In this document: one piece after another, positions 23,356-33,361 of the stretch | How positions within the stretch are numbered: position 1 is the stretch's first letter | How the letters are laid out: each line of letters begins with the position of its first letter | NCBI GenBank assembly: GCA_002269645.1 | Contig: NIVC01000536.1 | Coordinates: forward strand, 186,001-250,000 | Reading direction: 5' to 3' | Origin: Macrostomum lignano | Taxonomy: Eukaryota | DNA: 64,000 nucleotides | Translations under genes and position numbers: made by a program | Notes under the pieces: generated by a model | What the model was told of the DNA's origin: nothing | Seen by the model: the letters and a program-made list of their open reading frames with translations, nothing else | Databases searched by the model: none

Positions 23356-26045
23356 TCAGACCAGGTACACAGTATCTATGCAGGAGAAGCCCGTGGCAAC
23401 TCCGCCCTCGTCCGTGAACGCTGATTTCGTTCTCAACACGTGACCAGCCGAGCAGTTCAATCGCTCAGAGTTGTTCTTAGCCACCAGAGCGCCGTAGATG
23501 CCCAGCTCGGAGATCGCAGACACGCACAGCGGCATCTCCGGCCGGCGGGACAGCCGCTGATCGGCTTTGAGCATCAGCGACACCTGCTGCTGAGGCCGGA
23601 TGCGCCGCATCAGGATGTACGCGGCCGACTGTCGGGTTGTCAGGCGGCTGGCGAAGTCCACCACGTCGCGGCCGTAGATATTGTTGCCGCCGCCTTCTCG
23701 CTGCGGCTTCAGTACGAAGTCTTCGGGGTCGGCCAGCAGCCAGCGGTGCGCTCTGCGGGCATCGAATGAAATGTATGCTGTGCGGAGGAATATGCAGCAG
23801 AATTAGCTGCAGCTCAAACTGAAACTGAAACCGAAACGATAAACCAAATTAAAATCAAAGATAGAAACGAAACCGAAACCGAAACTGAAACTAAACCCGA
23901 AACCGAAACTGAAACTAAACCCGAAACCGAAACTGAGACTAAACCCGAAACTAAAACCAAACCCGAAACTAAAACCAAACCCGAAACCGAAACTGAAACT
24001 ACATGTAAACCGGAAACCGAAACTAAAACTAAATCTGAAACCCGAAACTGAAACTAACCCCGAAATCGAAACTGAAACTAAACCCAAAACTGAAACTGAA
24101 AAATAACACGATATACCAAAATAAACTCAAAACTCAAAATAAACCAAAAACCGAAACCGAAGCTAAATTCAAAACCTGAAAACTAAATTAAAAACCTGAA
24201 AACTAAACCCAAAACCTAAAAACTAAACCTAAAACCTGAGCTCACCTCGAGTCGCTCAGCACGCATTGATCAACAAACGTGGCCTCAACTTTGGCGCTCT
24301 TCCCCGGCAGATAGCGCGCCACGGCGCCGGGTTCGCAGAGCGCCGCCTGTACAGCCTTGGTGTTGGCCAGCATGTAGGCCAGGCTCGGACACTTGATGGC
24401 CCGCGATCGCTCCATCAGCAGCTTGGCGCTCCAGGCCACGCCGGCCGGGTCGGAGAAGTGATCGGGCGAGTAGCCGTGCCGGTAGTACACAATGGCCACC
24501 TCCTGGTCAGCCAGGTACAGCCGGCCGGAGCTCTCCTCCAGTCGGGCCGAGCTGGCAATCTGGTCGAAGCTCCGACGCAGAATCTGCGGCACGTGAACTG
24601 GCGAATCTGACGACGCGTCGGCAGCATAGATTTCGGCTTCCAGTGTTCGCTGGTCGAAAATATTTCGCTCGTCTGGCGACACCACAAACAGGATGGCGGC
24701 TTCCGGCCGGCCGTACAGCTTGAAGGCCTGGATGAAGGCTTCGCCGAAGGTCTCGGCTGGCCGGTTGTCGGGCAGCCGGTGGGCCAGCTGGCGCTCGCTG
24801 ACACCGGCGGCCGACATCACCTGGCGGTGCACAGTCGACAGGCGCTGGGCCAGGCCGCCGAAGCTGGACGCCATCAGGTTGATTTCCACCTGCGATTGTT
24901 TGGGAAGGAGAGATGCCAGATCGCTATTGATTTCTCCATTGCTTCCAAATTCAAAATCTCACCCTGCAGACTTTCTGAGATTCAAAATCTCACCTTTAAG
25001 AGATATTTGGAGCTTCAAAGTCTGACCTTGAAGATTTTCTGGGCTTCAAAGTCTGACCTTGAAGATTTTCTGGGCTTCAAAGTCTGACCTTGAAGATTTT
25101 CTGGGCTTCAAAGTCTGACCTTGAAGATTTTCTGGGCTTCAAAGTCTGACCTTGAAGATTTTCTGGGCTTCAAAGTCTGACCTTGAAGATTTTCTGGGCT
25201 TCAAAGTCTGACCTTGAAGATTTTCTGGGCTTCAAAGTCTGACCTTGAAGATTTCTGGGCTTCAAAGTCTGACCTTGAAGATTTTCTGGGCTTCAAAGTC
25301 TGACCTTGAAGATTTTCTGGGCTTCAAAGTCTGACCTTGAAGATTTTCTGGGCTTCAAAGTCTGACCTTGAAGATTTTCTGGGCTTCAAAGTCTGACCTT
25401 GAAGATTTTCTAGGCTTCAAATTTTCACTTTAAAGATTCTCTTAGCTTAAAAATCTCACCCTGAAGATTTTTAGAGCTTTAAAATATTTTCCTGGAGCCA
25501 CCAGAAAATGCCACGATGGGTAAAAACTGCAGAGTTACATTATCCCAAATATTTTAATTCCTACAGACTTTGTATGCCAATGCAACCCCCAACCCCCTCA
25601 ACCACCCTCGCACCTGTTTAAGCCCGGCCTCTTCATCCAGCATATAGTCGGCTCGATTCAAAGCCAAAGTGATTGGCTGGTCAGCGCCAGACTGCCGGAC
25701 AGTTTGGTACATGTCCCACAGGGCGGACAGGAACGAGTCCGACTCGGCCGCAGGTGGGATCACCCGGCACAGGAAATTGTGATCCCGGGACACCCGGTGG
25801 TACAGCGAGTTGAACAGGGCCTGCAGCTCAACTGCTTGGTTGAACGCCTCCTTGGAGAAGGAGGACGGCACCAGGGTGATTGGCGCCATCATGCAGCGGT
25901 CGGGGGCGGCGGAACCAGACGAGGAAGATGCCGGGTTGTCTTTTAGTAGCAGGCCGTTCATGCAGGCCAGGTCTCTGGCCAGGCTGGACAGGCGGACCTG
26001 CTGGCTTCCCGTCAGCCCGCTAGAAGGGTTGCGCCTGTGCTGCTG
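23356..26045 (-). CDS. GSS: Glutathione synthetase (eukaryotic type), 3 exons, ~491 aa; conserved frame begins upstream of the first ATG (25961)
   Basis: Exons 26045-25614, 24889-24246, 23752-23356, phase-consistent. Motifs APITLVPS, LNRADYM, KQ|VEINLMASSFGGL, EERNIFDQ-like DERNIFDQ, VYYRHGY, ERSRAIKCP, LANTKAVQ, FVLKPQREGGGNN, SELGIYG, EGGVATG. Confidence 0.95.
23815..24240. repeat. A-rich 6/24-bp repeat (AAACTGAAACTAAACCCGAAACCG), GSS intron 2
   Basis: Direct. Confidence 0.85.
25010..25425. repeat. 31-bp minisatellite (CAAAGTCTGACCTTGAAGATTTTCTGGGCTT), ~13 copies, GSS intron 1
   Basis: tctgacc at 25021 and 25052. Confidence 0.96.
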
Positions 26046-26134
26046 CTGCGGGCGGGCGAACGAGTTTTAGTTGCTATGGAGACGGCTGGGATGGCAAGGC
26101 GGGTAGGGTAGCGACCATAGAATTCTTGGGAGAG

Positions 26135-26655
26135 TGAGAAGACAGAGTGACAGTGACGGGAAGAGGAGAGTGACGGACAGATTGACTGTAAGGAGAGTGA
26201 CGAACAGAGTGACAGAAGAGAGTGAAAGTGACAGGAAGAGGAGAGTGACGGACAGATTGACAGAAACAGGGGAGTGACAGGAAGACAGGAAGAGGAGAGT
26301 GACGGACAGAGTGACAGGAAGAGGAGAGTAACGGACAGAGTGACAGGAAGAGGAGAGTGACGGACAGAGTGACAGGAAGAGGAGAGTAACGGACAGAGTG
26401 ACAGGAAGAGGAGAGTGACGGACAGAGTGACAGAAAGGAGAGTAACGGACAGAGTGACAGGAAGAGGAGAGTGACGGACAGAGTGACAGAAAGGAGAGTA
26501 ACGGACAGAGTGACAGGAAGAGGAGAGTGACGAACAAAGTGACAGGAAGAGGAGAGTGACGGACAGAGTGACAGGAAGAGGAGAGTGACAGGAGGAGGAG
26601 AGTGACAGGAAGGAGAGTGACGAACAAAGTGACAGAAAGAGGAGGGTGACAAGAA
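26135..26655. repeat. 29-bp purine-rich minisatellite (GACAGGAAGAGGAGAGTGACGGACAGAGT) upstream of GSS
   Basis: gacagg at 26342 and 26371. Confidence 0.92.
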
Positions 26656-27009
26656 GCATTAACAGTCACTATATTTAAATTGGTCAAGCCAAACTAACAT
26701 AATCAAGGACAAAGAAATTAATTCTAGACAGAATGTTTGTATTTTTGGGGTTGCACGCAAAATAGTCTTTGTCAGTATATTTCTAGTTACCAGACTGAGC
26801 CTCGGACAAAGGAAAATGCAACCGGATATTTCTGTCAACATTACGTAATAAATACGCGAGAGTCAATTATGAATTATGACAGTGCGGATTTCATACGCAT
26901 TATAAAATGTACAAGTTTTCACTAGCAAAATGCTGCGTTTACGAGTGAATGAAAGGCCAACAAGCTGGGTTGCAACAGCATGAGTGTAATATAATATAAG
27001 CCGTCAGAA

Positions 27010-27320
27010 ATCCCTAGCTATTCTAGCCAATTAGAAAACGCCTCGCTTTTCTAGCCGATTAGAGAACGTCTAACTTGTCTAGCCAATGAGAGGACATCTA
27101 GCTTTTCTAGCCAATCAGATAACTCCTAGCTTTTCTAGCCAATTAGAGAATGCCTCGCTTTTCTAGCCAATGAGAGGATATCTAGCTTTTATAGCCAATT
27201 AGAGAACTCCTAGCTTTTGTAGCCAATCAGAGGACGCTTAGCTTTTCTAGCCAATTAGAGAACGTCTGACTTTTCTAGCCAATTACAGAACGCTTGACGC
27301 TAAGCTGCTCCAGCCAATCA
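27010..27320. repeat. Degenerate ~28-29-bp repeat with CTAGCCAAT(T/C)AG, ~10 copies, between ABT1 and GSS
   Basis: Recurring ttttctagccaattagagaac. Confidence 0.8.
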
Positions 27321-27335
27321 AAGACCAGCAAAATA

Positions 27336-28287
27336 TCAAGATTTCCCTCGCCCACCTCCTAGCAGTTGTGCCAAAAATGTAGGATTATTAACGGCCTGCA
27401 ACTCGGGATCGTTGTTGCCCTTGCGGCTCCGCCGTTCGCGTCGACGCCGCTGTTCAACCCGCTGCAACTCCGGCAAAGGTCGAAACTGATCGCCCTTGGC
27501 TTGCTTAGCTCGCTCCTGATATTTCGACTGCTCCAAGGATTCCTTGTAGAGCTTGCCGATCCGTCTAGCTTGCTGAATCTCCATTGCCAGGCGCTTATTT
27601 CTAACGGCTTTCTCGTTGGCCTCTCTATAGGTGATGTCGGTCCAGGCAAAGCCGGGCAGGTAGCGCAGATTCCACAGCTGGCCAGCCCACGGCTTTTTCT
27701 TGTCGGCTACTTCGGTGGCGTTCAAGGAGGCGACGCAACGCTTTGCGTCCGATCGGCGAAGGAATTCGGCCCAGCCTTCGCTGTACAGCCGCCAGCGCTT
27801 GCGGGCCGATGCTTCGTCGACCTTTGCGTGGTAAAAATGCAGGGAAAGTAGTGCTGATTTTAAAAAGCAATCCAGCCAATAAGAAAAAAAATAACAAAAT
27901 CCAGCCCAATGAGTACACAGCAAGCAAAATCCAGCCCAATGAGTACACAGCAAGCAAAATTCAGCCAATCAGAATACAGTAAGCAATTAGATTACAGTAG
28001 CATTCGAACCAATCAGATTTGAGAAGCATTTCAACCAATCAGAGCAGAGTACTAAAAAGGCAGCTTTAAAAACTAACCTGCAAAAAAACTCGCCCTAACT
28101 TTCCATATGGCGAGAGGTGCTCCCGAACCAGCTTCACCGTCATACCGTGCGGTACACTGCTCAGATACACAATTCCAGGCTTTAGCGACTTCCCAGTTGA
28201 GGATTTGGGGAGTTCCTCCTTGAGCTCCTCTTCCATAGGCTCGGCTGCTTCGTCTGCTGACATGCCGCTTTGGGGATTAGTGGCCAT
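27336..28287 (-). CDS. ABT1: Activator of basal transcription 1 / pre-rRNA processing factor ESF2, 2 exons, ~231 aa
   Basis: Exons 28287-28078 and 27821-27336. Motifs PGIVYLSSVP, LSPYGKLGRVFLQ, YSEGWAEF, WNLRYLPGFAW, RLAMEIQQA. Confidence 0.94.
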
Positions 28288-28329
28288 AAATTGGGATCCA
28301 GAGTTGCTAAGCTGCTTCCAAATATTAGT

Positions 28330-28530
28330 TTGTTGGGATTCTTTGTGGGCGGTTTTGGATAATTTGGAGATTCCTGGATTCCTGAATAGTTTTGGGATTT
28401 CTGGATGGTTTTGGGATTTCTGGATGGTTTTGGGATTCCTGGATAGTCTGGGAATTTGGTTTTGGGATGTCTGGGTGTTTTTGGGATTTCTGAATAATTT
28501 AGGAATTTCTGGATGGTTTTGGCATTTCTA
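28330..28530. repeat. Degenerate ~19-20-bp repeat (ttttgggatttctggatgg) between DDX51 and ABT1
   Basis: Direct. Confidence 0.7.
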
Positions 28531-28730
28531 ATTGGTTTTGCGATTAATGAGTAAAAGAGTAAAAAAGTCGAGCCATTTCTCACAGTACAGCCAAAAAATG
28601 CATATGAAAATTGTTGGCTAGGCTGACAATTTCAGTTATATAATTAGTTAAAGTGAAATGCCTCACAGGGGGGACCAGATAATTATATTCCAGCAGTTTC
28701 CTTCCAAATGGAAGATCAAAAAACAAAGAA

Positions 28731-31700
28731 TCAATGGTCAACTTCTTTTGATTTGTCTTCTTTTGTCTTTCTCTTTTTCATGCTGGTTTTCTTATTCTGA
28801 TCTTTCGACGGATCTTCGCTCGCCGCCTCGCCCGCCTTCTGCTCCTCGTGCAGCCGGTTCAGGGCAGTCTGGTACCTGGCCTCGTACCGCTTAGTCTTGC
28901 TGCCGTGCAGCCGAACCTCTCGTACTTGACGCCCGCCAGCGCTCAGCATCCGGCGGAAGTGCAGAACCTCGCGCCGCTCCAGCAGGGTGTACGCGGCTCC
29001 AGCTCGGCCGGCTCGCGCAGTGCGGCCGGCGCGGTGCACGTAGGTTCGGAGCGAGGCCGGCCGGTCGTAGCACACGACGGCATCTACGCTGGGCAGGTCC
29101 ATGCCGCGGGCCATGCTGTCCGAGCAGACCAGTACGGACAGTTGGCCGGTGGAGAAACGGCGCAGGATGCGGGCTCGCTTGGGCACCTGCGGATTGGGGG
29201 AGGGAGATGGGTAAAAACTATAAAAAATCCCACTTAAGCAAAACATTACAAATTCTTGTCAACATGAGATTCCCAAAACCCGAAATCCTTAAACTCAAAA
29301 TCCAAAAAATTGATCTGAATCCCCAAAACTTGACTCAAATTTAAAAACTCTATCGAAGGGAGTTTCGAAGGGATTCGAAGATTTCGAAGGGATTTCGATT
29401 GATTTTAGGGATTTCGGTCGAGTTTTTGGGATTTCGATCGAGTTTTGGGGATTTCAATCGAGTTTCAGGATTTCAATCGAGTTTTGAGGATTTCAATCAA
29501 GTTTCGAGTTTTAGTTTTGAAATCCTTAAAACTCGATTGAAATCCCGAAACTCGTTTGAAATCCCAAAACTCGTTTGAGATCCCAAAAACTCAATTAAAA
29601 TCCTAAAAACACGATTTCAGTTTTCAATTATCATCAATTATCCAATTATTAAAATTATTGGGATCAATTAAAATCCCAAAATCCTTAAAACTCGATTGAA
29701 ATCCTGAAACTCGATTGAAATCCCAAAAACTCGATTGAAATCCCGAAACTCGTTTGAGATCCCAAAAACTCAATTAAAATCCCGAAAACACGATTTCAAT
29801 TTTCAATTATCAATTATTAAATTATTCAATTCAATTATCAATTATCGATTAACCAATTATTATAATTATTGAGATCATAAATCCCAAAAATCCTTAAAAC
29901 TCGATTGAAATCCCGAAAACTCGATTGAAATCCTCAAAACTCGATTGAAATCCTCAAAACTCGATTGAAATCCTCAAAACTCGATTGAAAGCCCAAAACT
30001 CGATCGAAATTCCAAAAGCTCGATTGAAATCCCAAAAATCAATTGATATCCAAAAAACCGATTGAAGTCCAAAAACTTAATCGAAATCCCAAAAATCGAC
30101 TGAAATCCCAAAAAAACCGATCGAAGTCCCAAACACTCAAAATGCCTCAAGCCCGTAAAAGCGCGGAAGCAGGAAAATCCAGGAACATCAGCAGCACTGC
30201 TAGCAGTACTCACAGGCAGCCTGGCAGACACGGCCTCGCAGGTGACTCGCGGATCGGCAAAATGTGTAATTAGCGAGGCCAGACGGTGCGCCGACTCGCG
30301 CGAGTTCGTGAAGCAAAGCACCCGGCTGCGGCCGAGGCCCAGCACCAGGTGGATGACAAACAGCGGCTTCTGAGACGGCTTGAGCTGCACGAAGAACTCG
30401 CTCAGACGGCCGGGCGCGGCGGACACCTCCAGCTCCTTGTCGGACTCCGCCGTGGCAGTCAGCAGCAGCGGATTGTGCAGCCGGAATCGCTGGAGCAGCT
30501 CCGGGTTGTGGGTGAGGGTGGCGCTCAGCAGCAGCTTCTGAAGGTGCGGCGGCTTCGAGTGCAGCCACGAGTGGATGCTGGGGTGCGGCATCGGCCTGCT
30601 CAGATAAGGAGGATTTGTAAGCTGACATGATTTATCCCGATGATCTATTTTTTGCCCGCGTGTCAAAATGTCTGTATTCAGCCAGCATTTTTAGTAAAAA
30701 GAAAACCAATTTTAAAATCCCCATTCCAGATTCATTTGCCTAGTCCCAGTTCCTGGCAATTCCTAGTCCCAGATCCCGACAATTCCTAGTCCCAGCTCCC
30801 ATGAATTCCTAGTCCCAAATCTCATGGATCCCTAGTGACCTAGTCGTCCCATATACCGGGAATTTATAGTCCCAGATCCCATGGATTCCTAGTCCCAGAT
30901 CCCAGGGAATCCTAATCCCAGATCCCAGGGGATTCTTAGTCTCAGATTCCAAAAACTCCTAGTCCCAGATCCCAGGAATTCTTAGTATCAGATCCCTGGG
31001 ATTCCTAGGCCCAGATCCCAGAAATTCTTAGCCCCAAATACATCACGATTCACTTCTCTATCCATGATCCCAAGCACCAAAGTACAATATCCATCCCAAA
31101 TCCCCATCATGGATTCCCAGTCTTCGAGTGTAAACCCATCCCTACCCAGAGTCTAACACAGAGAAATAGAAACCCACACACAAACTCAAACAGCATGCCA
31201 GTCCCAGATCATCACAAAGCTAATTAACATCTCCAAACCCCAGGCCTCACCTGTCCAGCAGCCGTTCCAGCAGTCCGAACCAATCCTGCTTCTGTTCGGC
31301 CATGACCCGATCTGCCTCATCAATGATAAGCATGCGCAGCCTAGCCAGACTCAATCCCGGACAGTTGAGCAGGTGATCGGCCAGACGGCCGGGCGTGCAA
31401 ATGACCAGGTCGGCCAGAGGGCGGTAGCTGCCATCCGGCATGAGGCGGACCAGCTGGTGCCGCTCCTTCTCCAGGCTGCGCTCGCCAACCAGCAGCTGGC
31501 AGCGAATCTGGCGGCGACAACCGTCCGAGTCGGCTGCTCCCTCGGACAGAGCGGCCAGCAGCCGGAGGCAAACCTGGTGCACCTGACAGCCAGGGTTAGG
31601 AAATTGAATGATTGGGATTTTAGCTGGGGGATCACGAGATTGGGACTCTAGCTGGGGGATCAGCAGAATGGGATTCTAGCTTGGGGATCAGCAGATTGGG

Positions 31701-32587
31701 ATGTTAGCTGGGGATCAGGAGATTGGGATTCTAGCAGGGGGATCAGCAGATTGGGATGTTAGCTGGGGATCAGGAGATTGGGATTCTAGCAGGGGGATCA
31801 GCAGATTGGGATTTTAGCTGGGGGATCAGGAGATTGGGATTTTAGCTGGGGGATCAGGAGAATGGGATTTCAGCTGGGGGATCAGAATTTTGGGATTTAG
31901 CTAAAGGATCATGAGATTTGTAATTAAGCTATAAGATCCAGGATATTGGTATTGTAGCTAGGAGCTTCCAATTGCGGTTTTGGCTAGATAGAGGAGCCAA
32001 CAAATTGGGATTTTAGCGGGGAACCGTTAGCTAGATTGTTTACATGGCTTACGGTAAAGATCGGAGTTCGGTAACAAATATGGGAGAAACAGTTGCTATA
32101 GTAGTGACAAGCCCCCATGGCATCAAAAGGATTTCTATAAATAAAAAGCCGGCAAACACACCTGCATAGCCAGGTCCCGCACGGGCAGCACAATGATGCA
32201 CCTTAGAGCCACAGTTTTGCAGGCAGCCAGCAGTTGCAGAGCCGGCAGCAGGTAGGCCAGAGTCTTGCCGCTGCCCGTAGCCGCGCACACGGCGAAGTCC
32301 CTCGGCCGAGTCCAGCTGTACCGATGGGACGCCAGCACCAGGGGCACGGAGGTGGCCTGCACAGGGAACAGGGTCTCCACACCGGTGGATCTGAGCGCTG
32401 AACGAATTGGCTCGCTCAGGCAGTCAATGGAATCAATTGGTACGGAAGCATCTAAGCTGTTGTCAATAGCAACCGGCCGGCGCATCCATTCGGGCCGGTA
32501 GGCGCTGCCGGCCGAGCCGACGCCGAGGGGCGCGCGGCGCCGCTTTCGTGTTCGATCGGGAACGAGAGTGAAGCCGCCAACTGACGC
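28731..32587 (-). CDS. DDX51: DEAD-box RNA helicase DDX51/Dbp6, 4 exons; 5' end uncertain (first ATG 32485, open frame to 32695)
   Basis: Exons (32587 or 32485)-32162, 31582-31251, 30595-30214, 29186-28731. Q-motif LFPVQ, AATGSGKT, LPVRDLAMQ, TPGRLADH, DEAD, SATL, LCFTNSRE, SDSMARGMD, HRAGRTARAG. PEW and QKLLLSATL are typical of the Dbp6 subfamily. Confidence 0.93.
29290..30130. repeat. Degenerate ~20-bp repeat (aatcccaaaaactcgattga) with an internally inverted segment, DDX51 intron 3
   Basis: gatttcaatcgagtttt units at 29380-29510, then aaaactcgattgaaatc units from ~29520. Confidence 0.82.
30740..31030. repeat. Degenerate ~21-bp repeat (attcctagtcccagatccc), DDX51 intron 2
   Basis: Direct. 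Confidence 0.78.
31610..31920. repeat. ~29-bp repeat (gggattttagctgggggatcagcagatt), DDX51 intron 1
   Basis: Direct. Confidence 0.82.
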
Positions 32588-32908
32588 CTGTTGGGCTTCC
32601 CCGTTGTCAAGGCCGTCAGCTGACGGCTTCGCCTCGTCAATTGAGGCTTCGGGGGAAGCGTTGGGTTCGTCAATTTCCAGGAAAATTGTACCAGATCAAT
32701 TTATTGCCTTTTATTTGCTAAAATGCATTCTCTACTTCTAGTAGCATCTTGCAGTTTGCAGAAAGAATATGCAGACATAAAAATATTTAGAGAATTAGGG
32801 TCGGAATTTTTTTTGACAAAATTGAACAATGTAAAGATCAAAAGGTAAAACATGACAGAATAGATGCAAATTTTTGTAACCAGCAAAGTAACAAAATAAC
32901 AAGCCCTA

Positions 32909-33361
32909 TTAGAATAAATTCTCAAAGACCACGGATGCACGCCAGGCATTGCCAATCTAGGGGGCAAATGGGTAAACAGCGGGAGAAATTCTACTGTGTT
33001 GCCTCGTCAGCTAATAAGTACATGTATCCTGCACTGTTTGTCTAGTTTTATTAAATGATTGACGGGATAAACTATGACCAACTTGCCTAAGCTGTCTACT
33101 GCATGATCTTGTAAGTTTTATTAATTCAACTAATAAGTAAGCAATTTACTATTTTCACTTAGCAGAAACTCAAAAAATTAGAACTTTGCACACCCCCTCA
33201 CCTTGGCCTGCAGATCAGCAGTTATTAAAATGTTTCTCAAACTAAAACTGCCATGACAAATTGGGGGCTTCTCAACGCTATGCAGGTAATAAAAGCCTTT
33301 AGCAATTTGATGCAGCCAGAGAGACAACACAAGTTTGCTACCCTTCAACACACTATTACTT
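32909..33361 (-). pseudogene. Orphan protein-kinase-fold fragment (subdomains VIa-VII) lacking the catalytic Asp: pseudokinase exon or gene remnant
   Basis: Exon 33361-33202 (cag|...AAG|gtgagg) encodes LWLHQIAKGFYYLHSVEKPPICHGSFSLRNILITADLQAK. Possible next exon 32956-32909 gives IGNAWRASVVFENLF*. No N-lobe exons recognised. Confidence 0.6.

Noticed and set aside
23815-24240. CTAAACCC motifs resembling a plant-type telomeric repeat
   Set aside because: Embedded in an irregular 6/24-bp intronic repeat, with no pure telomeric array.
22644-25425. 28-bp and 31-bp direct repeat arrays of CRISPR-like length
   Set aside because: Head-to-tail with no unique spacers, no cas genes, eukaryotic intron/intergenic context.
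10720-32673. Antisense and alternate-frame ORFs overlapping the real genes (e.g. 10720-11346, 14646-14945, 24779-25087, 27366-27851, 28848-29237)
   Set aside because: Shadow ORFs caused by high GC content of the coding exons.
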